Assembly: GCF_009914755.1 (NCBI RefSeq)
Contig: NC_060930.1
Direction: 5' to 3' (one strand)
Origin: the human T2T-CHM13v2.0 reference genome, Homo sapiens
Length of the DNA: 64,000 nt
In this document: positions 29,911 to 44,218 of the stretch, piece by piece
Layout of the letters: each line of letters starts with the position of its first letter
Numbering within the stretch: position 1 is the first letter of the stretch
Translations under genes and position numbers: made by a program
Notes under the pieces: model-generated
What the model saw: only the letters and a program-made list of their open reading frames with translations
What the model was told of the DNA's origin: nothing
Database searches by the model: none

Positions 29911-31259
29911 CAGAAAAAGCCGCTCTGGTTGCCTCATTGTGAAGGAAATTGTAGGCAGACTGCCGCCCAGTAACATCAGAGGGTACCGCTTCTCTCTCAA
30001 AAAGCAGCTCTTTTTTAGGGAGTAGGTTGAGAGGGGGCGGTTTACAAATGCAGTGCCACAAGCATCCGAGGAGTTTTATTAGAAATTTTTAGAGGTCCGT
30101 TGCCAGAGATGTTAGTTTTTAATTTGCAAGAAATGTAAAATACAGTGTTTTGAATAGTTGCGGAGGGAGAGAAAAGTGCGAGTTTTAGGCCGTGTTAGGG
30201 CCAGTTGTCATCAACTCTATTACATTTTCTGGCAATGTTTTAGAGCGATGTGTCTCGCGAATACCTTTCACGTCAAACAAGAATGAATCGTAGACAACAC
30301 CAGAATTCACAAACGCTGCAATTAATACTCAAACTGCAAGTGTGGAAACGTTTCTGCACTTGCAACTTATTTCCACAGTCCAATGTGGGATGCACTTCAG
30401 GAATTTCCAATGCCCTTTTCATCCATACAACATGCCCCAAATTGGTATTAAGGTTTACAACCTGTGTTCCATGTCAGCACACGCAATCAGCGCACCATGA
30501 CATGGTCAACTCATTCTTTTATTCAACAAATATTTATGGGCCTCACAAGCCTGCGAAAGGCGTTAAATGCTGGGTCCACGAAACCGGTTCCCTGACAGGC
30601 ATTCTGCTGGGGAGTTAAGTCCACTTAGTGTGAAAGCAAACACGGGTGATAAATGCAAGCACACCCTGGGGATAAGATTTTATGGTAACAACCCTTTAAC
30701 TTGTTTGTGGCTGTTAAGTGCATTTCAAAGTATCAATAAGCTAAAACGATCTCACATTGCCAATCAGAGACTCAGCTAATGGGAGAATAAAAAACTATTA
30801 AATCGACATCCACTTCTACAATCCTATTCTGGATAACCCCCTAGCACAGCACAGCAGAGAGTGAGGTAATGCGGTCTTATTTCCGCTCCTGCTGTGGTAG
30901 TTTTCAAATAAGTCCGAACCATGCTAAGTAACCTGAGCTTTTCCCCTTTTTCTTCAAACAACGTGCCAACCAAATAATGGAGTGGTCCCAGATAAGTATT
31001 GTACCCATCTTCTGCACCAGTGCTTCCTACGTCCCATTTTATTGAGAAGGCATGCATTCAAATATTTCACGTAATTTCTAAAAATTTGGAAAATAACGGT
31101 TGGAAACTCTACATCTTGGTTTCACGGCTAGTCAGTTATGAAACACAGGTATACAAAATTGGAAGATTTTTGTAAGTAAACCCTTTGTGAAAGATATAAA
31201 CCTTTCTTAGTGTAATAAGCGAGGTATCTGAAAAAACGCAACTTTTGAAAAGGAAATAC

Positions 31260-31465
31260 TCCTAATTATCTGATTCAGGAGTTTCCACTTTAAATAATGG
31301 GTTCTGCCTCCCTTTTTTCTATTGGGTTAAACTGGTTTCAAATAAAATGGGAACGCTCCATGCAAATGAAGGATGATAGATCTGCTTTCTAAATGGCTGT
31401 TCAAGAAAATAGCCTAAACCAATCAAAAGATAGAATGTGGCCTGTCTCTTGTGAATTTAAAAAGG
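31260..31465 (+). promoter_or_regulatory. Relic H2A promoter of the 31.5-kb pseudogene
   Basis: ATTGG at 31321, octamer ATGCAAAT at 31360-31367, CCAAT at 31419-31423, TATA relic TTTAAAAAGG at 31456-31465. 17/17 identity to the H2AC4 promoter around the octamer. Confidence 0.75.
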
Positions 31466-31501
31466 TCACAATCCACTTTTCAGTGTTTTGAGATTTTCAA
31501 A

Positions 31502-31695
31502 ATGATTGCATTAGCTCTTGGCAATGCTAAATTATGTTCCTTGCGAACCACTATCCAGTTTCTCTTGGGCCAAGTCCACCTCCTGCTCCGCAAGAGGAAC
31601 AACTCCCAGCTGGTGGTACCTGGCGGCAGTGCTGGAGAAACGCCATTTTGTGACTGGCAGAGTACACCTAGGCTTTAGAAAACAAAAGCTGCAGA
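31502..31695 (+). pseudogene. Degraded, 3'-truncated H2A pseudogene between H1-1 and H3C1
   Basis: AKLCSLRTTIQFLLGQVHLLLRKRNNSQLV vs H2[31 protein letters not shown] (16/30), then a frameshift to YLAAVLE (7/7, 31617-31637) and AIL*LA vs AEILELA. H2A-type promoter upstream. Confidence 0.85.
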
Positions 31696-32296
31696 ACGCT
31701 GCAAGTTTAGGATTCAAAGAGCATAATCAAGAGAAAGACGTCTCATAGAAAATGTTTCTGAGTAATAGTGTAATCCTACTATGTTTGAGATGCTTTGTAG
31801 ATTTCAATAACACTCCTAAGTCAATTAAAGCATTACAAAGGAATCCAATTCTTGTGAAAGGTTTCAGAAATTCCCGTAAAGGGTACATTTCCGGAGAGGA
31901 GGTGAGCAGTATTCCCTCTTTTTTTTTTTTTTTTTTTTTTCCTAAAGAGCTGAAGGTTATACGGAATTGGGGAATTATAATACCTTTGGAATCAATGCCT
32001 TGTTTTATGGAAAATAAACACAGCCTTCAGGTTATGAAAACCAGATGTAGAAGAGGACAAGTTTAAAAAATTAAAGTCCAAGCCGGCGCAGTGGGGCTCC
32101 CCTGTAATCCCAGCTACTCTGGATGCTGAGGCGGGAAGATCTTTTGAGCCCAAGTTTAAGACCAGCTTGGGGAACAAAGCAAAAGTAAAATAAAATAATA
32201 GTAGTAATAAAATACCACTTAAATAATCATCTGTAGAGTTGGAATAGAATATAGTAGCCGGTGAAACTGCACGATTGTTGCTGGCTTAAAGATAGA

Positions 32297-32839
<543 letters not shown>

Positions 32840-32870
32840 TTACTGTGGTCTCTCTGACGGTCCAAGCAAA

Positions 32871-32913
32871 GGCTCTTTTCAGAGCCACCACCTTTTCAAG
32901 TAAAGTAGCTGTA
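32871..32913 (+). terminator. H3C1 stem-loop and HDE
   Basis: GGCTCTTTTCAGAGCC at 32871-32886; AAAGTAGCTGT downstream. Confidence 0.96.
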
Positions 32914-32996
32914 AGAAACCAATTTAAGACAAAAGGGAATGCATTGGGAGCACTTTTCGTTTTAATGCTACTGAAGGCTTCAAAACCAATCGATTT

Positions 32997-33286
32997 CGGC
33001 CGGTCGCGGTGACTCACGCCTGTAATTCAAGCACTTTAAGAGGCTGAGGCGGGCGGATTACCAGAAATCAGGAGTTCGGGATCAGCCTGGCCAACATGGC
33101 CGAATCCCGTCTCTACGAAAAATACAAAAACACGCCGGGCGCGACGGCGAGCGCTTGTAATCCCAGGTACACTCTGAAGGCTGAGGCAGGAGAAACACTT
33201 GAACCTGAGAGGCAGAGGTTTCAGTGAATCGAGATGGCTCTAATGTACTCCAGTCTGGGCGACAGAGAGATTCGGTTAAAAAAAAA
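32997..33286 (+). mobile_element. AluS between H3C1 and H4C1
   Basis: Diverged Alu dimer, CpG-rich. Confidence 0.88.
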
Positions 33287-33496
33287 GTTCGACTTAAAAT
33301 AATTCTGGAGTCAGAATGGGTTTACATTTAATTCTTAACCCAGTTCCTCAAAGCCTGTAGCTCTGTTAAGAAAATAAAGGCCATTGGTCAAGCCTGCTTG
33401 GTCCCACCCTCATCTCCCCACCCTCCCCCAATCGCTGCTCCCGCCATTTCCTGGGGCTTGGAGGAGGGGTTAAAGGAGCGGACTGTAGGCGTCACA

Positions 33497-33929
<433 letters not shown>

Positions 33930-33968
33930 GGTTGCTGATTTCTCCACAGCTTGCATTTCTGAACCAAA

Positions 33969-34010
33969 GGCCCTTTTCAGGGCCGCCCAACTAAACAAAA
34001 GAAGAGCTGT
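33969..34010 (+). terminator. H4C1 stem-loop and HDE
   Basis: GGCCCTTTTCAGGGCC at 33969-33984; GAAGAGCTGT downstream. Confidence 0.96.
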
Positions 34011-36950
34011 ATCCATTAAGTCAAGAAGCTCAATGTGTAATTAAGATGAATGATACTGAGCTGACATCCTAAAAAGGAAAGATTAGGGGAACTCCAAGTT
34101 TGCCCTCCACTCACTACATATGGGTAGGGGAGCAACGATATTCCAACTCTGAAGAAAGAGTGGAAAAAAAGTAGTGTTAAAAATTTGTATTAGTTTCCAA
34201 GGGACAAAGAAGCGCTGCCCAATCAATGAGGGCCATTCGTAGCTGTCAACCAATCAGAACTGATGAGCTAATATTTCCTGAGGCAAGCCAGGGAGCCGGA
34301 GGGGAAGCTAAGAAGCTTATTGAGAAAAAACAAAAACCCTGTTTTAGGAAAAAAAAAACCATCTTTTAGCGATTATGAAATAAAATCACAGAGACATTTA
34401 AGTATCCCTCAATCATGTACTGAGAGCAATACTAAATTTATCGCCACCAATACAGTTTTACTCTATTAAAAAGACCCTGAAAATTGAAACCCTATTCAGA
34501 CTCCTGGAATACCCAGGACACTAAATTCAGGGGAGATTAAAATCTGTTTTAGAGAGAAAAGGCACCTTTTTCAGTGTTACCGCGGCCTTCAGCAGTTAAC
34601 CTTTTTTTTTCCCCCTTTACGCAGAAATGGAAATTTGGGTGATAGAAATATTCCGAAATTAAATTGTGATGATGGTTGTACAACTAAGAAAACACGGTAA
34701 AATTCATTGAACTGTACCTAAAGTGGGCAAATTTTGTGGTATATTAAATATCAATAAAGCTGATTATATACATACACATATATTTTTATATATGCAGAGA
34801 GAGAAATGATGCAAGCAGGGTGGTAGGACATGAGGTTGGTAGCATAGGCAATGTTGGTCTGTGAAGGGCCACCTGTGCTAAACCTGGAAGCCTGGGGTTT
34901 GTCCAGTCAAGCCATTGTAGCCATAGTTTTAAAGGATGTTCCTGATGCAGTTATGTGTTCCAGTTAAGTACATCTAGCTTCAGAACTCAGCTGGAAAAGG
35001 GATGTGAACTTCAGGTTAGCTGATAGGGAAATATCTTACTCTCATCTGAGTAAATATTCACAAATGCCTCTCATTGTGCTCTTTTTGGTACCATTGTTAT
35101 AGGACTGATTTCAGCCTCACGATGTTAGCTTCAGTGATGGATGTCTCTTTATTTTGAGGTCCTGTTTTCCACCTGACAGTTTTCATCCAGGATTTCTTGA
35201 GGAATTACACAAGTACCCAGCTTGGCTTAATTTAAAACTGACAATGGAGAGAATTCATAGCTGCATTCTGGATAGTTTCAGGAATCAGAGGAGCAAAAAT
35301 GAGCCTGGTATGGAGGGTGGGTCATTTTATGTCTTTCTTAGTTGGTATTTTAAAGATATTTATTGATCTCATATGCCAGATATTGTTGAAATCATTGGGG
35401 TACATAAGTTAGAAAATTTTAATTCCCTTTCCTGAATTCCAGAGTCAATGTAGAGGGGTGTGTGGATATCGATTACCCATATGGGAGGTATAGTCGTTGT
35501 AACAATAAGCCACGACTAGCTCCTGTTACGTTTTGCCTGGCCTTTCATAGCATTGCTATGTTCATAGCATTGCTGATATGTCATACTCATCTTAGGCATA
35601 CCCACCACCACCTTGGGCCTTCTTCAGTCCTAACACTCATGCAGTCCTTGTTCAGAACAAAGATAATGTTGCTTAATTTGCAACCCCTAGACTATCCCCC
35701 AGATTTTCTAAAGAGAAACTGCACGCTGATTGCTTCAGGCAGTGGCAGGTCAAGGAATGAGATGGGGAATTGATTGTGTTAGCATTCTGGTGGGCTTAGT
35801 GGAGAGCCTGGAGACTTACATAGAAAATTCACACATCCTTTCATTCAACAAACCTCCATAAACTACCTGTTAAACGTCAGCCCTGTTCAAGGTGCTAGGG
35901 ATACTTCTGGGACAAAACAAAGTCCCTACCTTCAAAAAATATATTCCAGTTGGGGGAGAGAGAACAAACACAAAATAAAATATATCTAGTTATATGTATT
36001 TTTTGTTAAATATATTATTACATATATAATTCTAGGTGGGGAAATGTTATATATATATGCTATTGAGGATAGTCAACTATATATATATATGCTAAATGAG
36101 CAGAAAAGCTTATTTTACAAGGGATGATTATGGGAGGTCTCTTTCTTAAGGTTGGTATTTGAGGAGAGGCTTGAATGAAATGAGATCTAGAGCCATTCAG
36201 ATATCCAGGACAAGACCCTTCTAGGGAGAAAGAATAGATATAAAGGTGCTGATGCTGGAAATGCTTGGTCCATTCCAGAAACAGCAAGGTCAGTGAAGAG
36301 AAAGAACTGCGAAGAGAATGAGGTCAGAGGGTAGCCAGAGTACAGATCTAGTAGGTTGAGCAGCTCATCCTAGTTTGCTTGGAACTTTCTAAGTTTCAGC
36401 ACTGTAAGTCTTACACCCTGAGAAACCCCTGAGAGTCAGGCAAACTGTAATGGTTGGTCATCTTACTTGTAGGCTATGATAAGGATGCTGGTTTTTATTA
36501 TGAAGGTGATGGAAAGCCAGTGGAATCTTTTCAGCAGACAGTGGACATAATACCTTCAAAAAGGATCACTGTTGATGCTGGATAGAGAAAAACTGTATGA
36601 CAGGGGGATTAAAAGTGAAAACAAAGACCAGTTTGGGGTCACTGTGGTCATTCAGACAAACCGCCATGGCAGCTTGCTCCTAGAGAAGCAGCAAAGAAAA
36701 CAATGAAAGGTATTCTGATTGATTTTCAACAGAGCTGACTGCATTGGGTGAAAGTTGTAAGAAGCTCAGGACAAACAATATTGCACAATTCCTGGCCCAA
36801 GCTGCTTGAAGAATGGAGTTCTATTGATTGACATGACAAATATCAGAGGAAGAACAGACTTGGTGTTTACGTATAAACATATTTTGGACAAGTTTGAGAT
36901 GCCCATTATTCAATTAGATACATCAAATATGCAGTTGTATATGAGTCTAG

Positions 36951-37281
<331 letters not shown>

Positions 37282-38299
37282 TATATTTCTTAAGCTCTAT
37301 GTTTCGTTCTGAAGCTTGAAGTGGGTGGAAGCAAACTGATAGAATTTGGAGAGGTGGTTAGGCATCCCGGGAATGAGAAACAGCCCGAAGCTGCCACTAT
37401 CACAGGCTTTGGCATTGCTAGAAGTTAACGTGGCACTTACAGCTAGGCCGTGGTGTTCTGTTGAACAAACTATTTGACAGAGCACAGAGCATGTAAGTGG
37501 TGAGGCCAGTTGAGTTAGCCAAGAAAAGAGGAGTCCAAGAACTGAGCCAGAGTACACCAGAGTATGTAGTGGAGTACAGCTTTCTCATTCTTTAGTAGGG
37601 CTGTGTAGAGAAATACTCTATTTTATGGATGTATAGATCACTCTAGTCCTTTCTGATGAAAACTTTACAGTTGCCACTCATTTACTATTACAAACAATGC
37701 TGCACTACATTATGTTTCAGTTTTTAGCCATCTCATCTGGTCTCAGCATTTATTTATCTGCTGATGACTCACACATTTTTATCTCCAGCTCAGACCTCTC
37801 ACCCGAACTCACTTATTCAACTGCCTATTCACTATATCCTCCTGTCAGGAGAAGCTTGTTAGCAAAGTAACCAGAAAACAAAGTTGATTTTTTTTGCTGA
37901 AGTAGCCATCAATATATTTGTTACTAAATCAAAGATGCTGAATATTTGGCTGACTTCTAAAAATCTGGTCACCTAACTTTGACACTTCCTAGGTCGTACA
38001 GTTTGAAACTTTCACAATTAAATCAGTTTTGGAATTTACAATTTAAGGCAGGAATAGAAGACTATTGGGTTGACAGGTACAGTGAAGATGCAAGTCATCT
38101 GAGAATCTTACATCAGAGGGGGCTTCCATCTTATAGCTGCTGCCACGGACCTCGGAGTCAGAAGAAATTTGAGTCCTTATTTATAAAACAGACTCCCTTA
38201 GTCTACTAAGTGGGAATTTACGAACTGCGTAGGCAGCCTGCTTAGGGGAGCCTCCAGCCTGAGGACTGAAAATAGCAAAGCAGCTTTAACCGCCAGTCC

Positions 38300-38400
38300 T
38301 ACTCCACAGAAGGGGGAGGTGACGTCACTCAGCAGGACGCCAAGCTCAACTAGAAATGGAAGTAAAGGCTTCTGGCGCTACCGGCAGGGGGCGGTTAAGG
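38300..38400 (+). promoter_or_regulatory. Candidate CRE + CTCF element 3' of H4C2
   Basis: Perfect palindrome GTGACGTCAC at 38319-38328; CCGGCAGGGGGCGG at 38381-38394. Confidence 0.6.
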
Positions 38401-38810
38401 ACGGCAGGTGTTACCAGGGAAGCTAAAAGTACAGCTTTTGCTGACGTTAAGTCAGATACGCCTGGGAAAACAGACCTGACACCCATTTTAATCCACCTAC
38501 TCAGTTCCAGGCAGCTAGCATCTTAGGCTCTCGTACAAATAACGCACAACTCGTTTTTAAAACTAAAAAGCTGAGCTACTCATTTATCGGACTCGCGCTG
38601 CACGTTAAGTTGCTTGACATGTCAAAACTATAGCATTGAAGTTTATAGCTCACTTATCTCGGAGACCTCGTTTACTTAGCTGATTTCTGCTTTAGCAGCC
38701 ACTCAGACCAAACAACCTGGTCTCTCCCAACTGGTTTATAATAGTTCTACATACTAGGCAGAATAGCCGAGTAAAGCCATTGAGATGTTACCATCCGAAA
38801 GAATACAATC

Positions 38811-38852
38811 ACAGCTCTTTCTGAGAGGGAGTGGGCGGCCCTAAAAAGGGCC
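38811..38852 (-). terminator. H4C2 stem-loop and HDE
   Basis: GGCCCTTTTTAGGGCC at 38837-38852 (minus); AGAAAGAGCTGT downstream. Confidence 0.96.
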
Positions 38853-38876
38853 ATTGGAAGAAAACTGACGAAAAGA

Positions 38877-39345
<469 letters not shown>

Positions 39346-40747
39346 CCTAAGGACTGCGAGGGAGAACACAATAGTTTCACTTTTTAATCCCTTTAGTTTT
39401 TCCCTCCCGTTTACGACACTACTATTTGAATCTGAATTTATACCCTCGACTGAGAATTTTAATAAGGGCTTATATTAAGGGCTTTCACTAATATGCCGGA
39501 GTGGTAAACTTTTTAAGTCTTTCAAGTGCTTGAAGACATATTGACTATTCAAAGGTACTTAAAAGAGCAGGCGTGAAAAGATCACTCTGGCCTTATGTTT
39601 TCTTGAAAGCTGACCTGTTTCTTAGAAGCAGTAGGTGAAATTCTCATATGAAAGATGTTCTCACTGTAGTTTAAAAAAAGCAACATTCTTCTCAAGGATA
39701 GGAGGCTGAGGCCAAGAGAATTCTGTACAAACCTTGCACTAGCCCTTGCTGGGCGCTTCTCTACACAGTTATATATTCTAGCCTAAATCCCTTTGCTTTA
39801 GCGCATTTTTACATTTTACTAATTGTCCAATTCATTATATAAGTAGCTAACTGCTTTTTTTGGGCTTTCATTACCTTATGAGAGCACCTGTGTCACGTAA
39901 AACCTGTGTTAAATAAATGCATATACCTTTCTCCTGTTAATCCATTTTACATTAATTTAATTTGCTGGTCCAGCCAGAGCCCTAAGAGGATGGGAGTGGA
40001 GTTTTGCTATCCTTCACACTGTACTGTCTCATTCAGAAGAGGGTGATAGCTCATTGCAACCGTGCCTTCATCTGTAAATCGGGTTATGATGATACTCAGG
40101 GGACTTTTAATTAGCTAATGTGAACGAGGCATGAGAAGAGACTGTGGAAAAGAAATAAATATTACATAATATGGTTTAATTTTAGATGTTACTACTTAAA
40201 AAAATCTGCTCAGAGTTGGGATATTGTCCTGAACTCTCATTTTCGTGTTTTTACTCCCAACACTATATTGCTAGCAGCAACTATGTATGTATTAGTAAGG
40301 ATTGTTTTTTTAAAATCACAGCCTGTAATAACGTACAAGGTGTTGACAGATTCCGTTTAGCTTTTCATATGTGACATGTTAAAATTGTCCGAAAATATTC
40401 CTTTGTTCTCTTTTCCAAGGTGCAATACAATAGCAGCATTCGTGCTTTCCTATAGCCAAGTCTGGAGTGTAGTTCAACTCTCCATACACGCTTCTCACTG
40501 TTGTTTTAAATTTCCTGAAAACATTCGTAAATCACTTCTATTGGAAAAACTGCAAGGGCTACTGCTAAATTTTTAAGTCTGAAAAATGCACCCCAAACTT
40601 GACTTCTTTCTCTGAGAATCTTAGCCATCTCACCCAAATCTAACAAACCAAAACTGATTTTAGACTTCAACAGCATTAGCTGTAAACTTCAGCCTGCAGC
40701 ATAACATCACTTTGTTGTGACTGGGCAGGAAAAACCCTGTTAAACTG

Positions 40748-41145
40748 TTTCAGGCGCGTCCGTGTGAAGAGACCATCAAACAGGGTTTGTGTGAGCAACA
40801 AGGCTGTTTATTCTACCTGGGTGCAGGCGGGCTGAGTCCGAAAAGAGTCAGCGAAGGGAGATGGGGTGGGTCCGTTTTATAAGATTTGGGTAGATAGTGG
40901 AAAATTACAGTCAAAGGGGGTTGTTCTCTGGCTGGCAGGGGTGGGGGTCACAAGGTGCTCAGTGGGGGAGCTTTTGAGTCAGGATGAGCCAGGAGAAGGA
41001 ATTTCACAAGGTAATGTCATCAGTTAAGGCAGGAACAGGGCATTTTCACTTCTTTTGTGTTTCTTCAGTTACTTCAGGCCATCTAGAGGCATACGTGCAG
41101 TTCACAGGGGATATGATGGCTTAGCTTCGGCTCAGAGGCCTGACA
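40748..41145 (-). mobile_element. Solo HERV-H LTR7 (LTR7B-like)
   Basis: Minus strand reads TGTCAGGCCTCTGAGCCGAAGCTAAGCC...CACACGGACGCGCCTGAAA; perfect 5-bp TSD AACTG. Confidence 0.9.
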
Positions 41146-43087
41146 AACTGAACAACTGGGAACAAACAACATTTAATGCACACAATCTCTATCTTGTAGG
41201 GAGGCAAAATTTTACCTCTACTCTGTTAGGGTCTCCAGCTGGACCTGATAATTCATTTGCCATAAAACAGATTAGCAGAATGAAAGCATACAAATGTATT
41301 TAATGTAAATTTTATGGGACAGGAGAACCCTCATAAAAAAGTGAAGCCCCAAAGAAATGGCAAAAGCTAAATGCTTTCACATTAAGTTAAAGAGAGGCAA
41401 TTGTGGGAAAGTAAACCATATGAGGAGATTAAAGGAATATATGATTATTTTAACAAGGTTTGTTTGTGTATAGAAGTCTCTCGGCTATGACTCCCTGCTG
41501 TGTTTGTGCAGAATTATCTCATCTATGCCTCTGGGCTGAAGAATATGTCTTTTCACCTGGTACAAGCAGAGCATTTTTCACATTGGAACTTTTATCTCCT
41601 GTTTTCAGAAAGAAAAGTTTAGAAGAATTCCCTTCTTGAATGCTGTTTTTGAAGTGCCTTTAGCTCAAAAGAATCCTGATCCCACAGTGGTCTATTTTTG
41701 GATGGTATATTCTGCAAACAACACCCCCTTTTTGTCTCCAATCTCTCCTTAATTACTCCTCTAATACAAAACAATAGATTCTTAATATAATATTAAAATG
41801 TTTGCACTACTCACAAATACAAAATGCTCAATAAATTTTCTTTCACAAATGAGAATTTCATCCATTCGTTAATTTTTAAATATCAACTGTCAATGAAGAG
41901 TTACAGCAGAATCCTTGTTCTGTTGAGGAGGGGGCAAAGAATGTAAGTGAGGGAGTGGAAAATAGCTGGACTGAGCTACCACCCCCTGTCCATCTGATCC
42001 TCAGACAGTAATGTAACTTTATTCTTTTATGCTATTCGTCAGACCCAGTACCTCCAACACATTTGTTTCCTACAGATAAAGAAAATATAAAAAGTCAAGC
42101 GCTATACATCAGATCCAGCACATCTATAACTGGAAAAAAAATACTTGACCTTCAGCTGGGCCCAGAGCTTGTGAGTAGTCACCTTGGCATAGACCAAGTC
42201 CATTGGCATCTCTAACATATCTATACTGTCTGTGGATAACAAATGTCTATGCCAGTTAGAGTCGCTTGTATAAGAGTCAAGAAAAACGAATCATAAAACA
42301 AACTGACATATTCATTTTCATAATTTTTAAAATGCAAATATTACTTTATAAACCAAAAACTGCCTTATTAAAAGCTGGAACACAAATGAATTTAAGTAAA
42401 CGATGCAATTCAAATTTGATCTTTTGTGTGTGTGATTTGTTGTTGTTGACAGTTGGTCAGGCGATTTTAGTATGGTACATCAGTTTACATTCTAGATGTA
42501 GGCCAAGAAAGAATGTTAGGTGTAAAAAATATTTATTGTAAAAAAGAATGTGAGGCAAGGTCTTTGGAATTAGTAGTTTTAATGTTGGACATTCTGTGGT
42601 TGTTCTAAAGTTAGTCTGTAAAATGTGATGTAAAAGCTATATGATAAAAAAATACAAAATATAAAAATTTTAAAGTAAATATTACTTTTGTTTGCGTACA
42701 GTATTCCCATCCCTCTAAATTTTCTTCCAGTACTCAATCCCCAACCTCCAAAACCGAAAAGCAAGATCAACAGAAAGAAAATGGTTAAAACTTGTAAATT
42801 CTAGATTTTAATAACTACAGGCAAGAAGTACTGAAAAAAAGAATGTGGCATGTCATGGTGCATAGTCCTAGAGGAGACAAAGCAATGCAACCAGATAGAC
42901 TATTTACAAGCAAAGCCACACATATAAAAATTCATATATAAGGGATTAAATTATGCTTGGTCGACAGACTGACAGATTTAAAGTGGGTAGCTAGCTATGG
43001 ATAAAATGAGAGCCAGTTAGATCCCTGCCTCACATTTTGCACCAGAATAAATTTCAGGTTAATGTTAACAGCCAAATGAATTTAACA

Positions 43088-43088
<1 letters not shown>

Positions 43089-43134
<46 letters not shown>
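43089..43134. repeat. (TA)n microsatellite
   Basis: About 23 perfect TA units. Confidence 0.95.
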
Positions 43135-43140
<6 letters not shown>

Positions 43141-43524
43141 GAGAAAACCTAGGGGACTATGTATTGAGCTGAGAAAATCTTCCTAAGCATTTTGAGGAAG
43201 ACACTGGAACTCGCAAGACACAATTTTCTAATCTTTTCAAAGCTTTGCAAAAATGCCTAGTAAGCGCCAGTTAACTACTTACCAGATTTTTCCCTTACTC
43301 TTACAAAGTTGTTTAAACAAATGCTAATCATAGCAAGCTAGAGGCCTGAATGATAGTGGACTTACACAGCTTCTCTCCAAATAGCACCTTAATAAGGTCA
43401 GAAATAACCTACACTGCAAGACTGACCAAACCGTTATTTCTGTTAATCAACTTTAAGACCATAGTCTAATGCTTTCCGGGGGGGTCCTTAGAAATTTGTT
43501 CTGTTAAGACAACAAAAAATTATC

Positions 43525-43568
43525 ACAGCTACTTTCGTTGGAATAAGTGGGTGGCTCTGAAAAGAGCC
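43525..43568 (-). terminator. H3C2 stem-loop and HDE
   Basis: GGCTCTTTTCAGAGCC at 43553-43568 (minus); GAAAGTAGCTGT downstream. Confidence 0.96.
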
Positions 43569-43605
43569 TTTGGGTTTTAAGACTGATGAAAAAGTAACTT
43601 TACAT

Positions 43606-44218
<613 letters not shown>

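Noticed and set aside
30760-30805. CCAAT, GCTAATGGGAGAAT and TATTAAAT resembling a histone promoter
   Set aside because: No histone-like sequence follows; too short to separate from chance.
35544-35574. Small duplication and hairpin CATAGCA-T-TGCTATG
   Set aside because: Short local slippage with no functional context.
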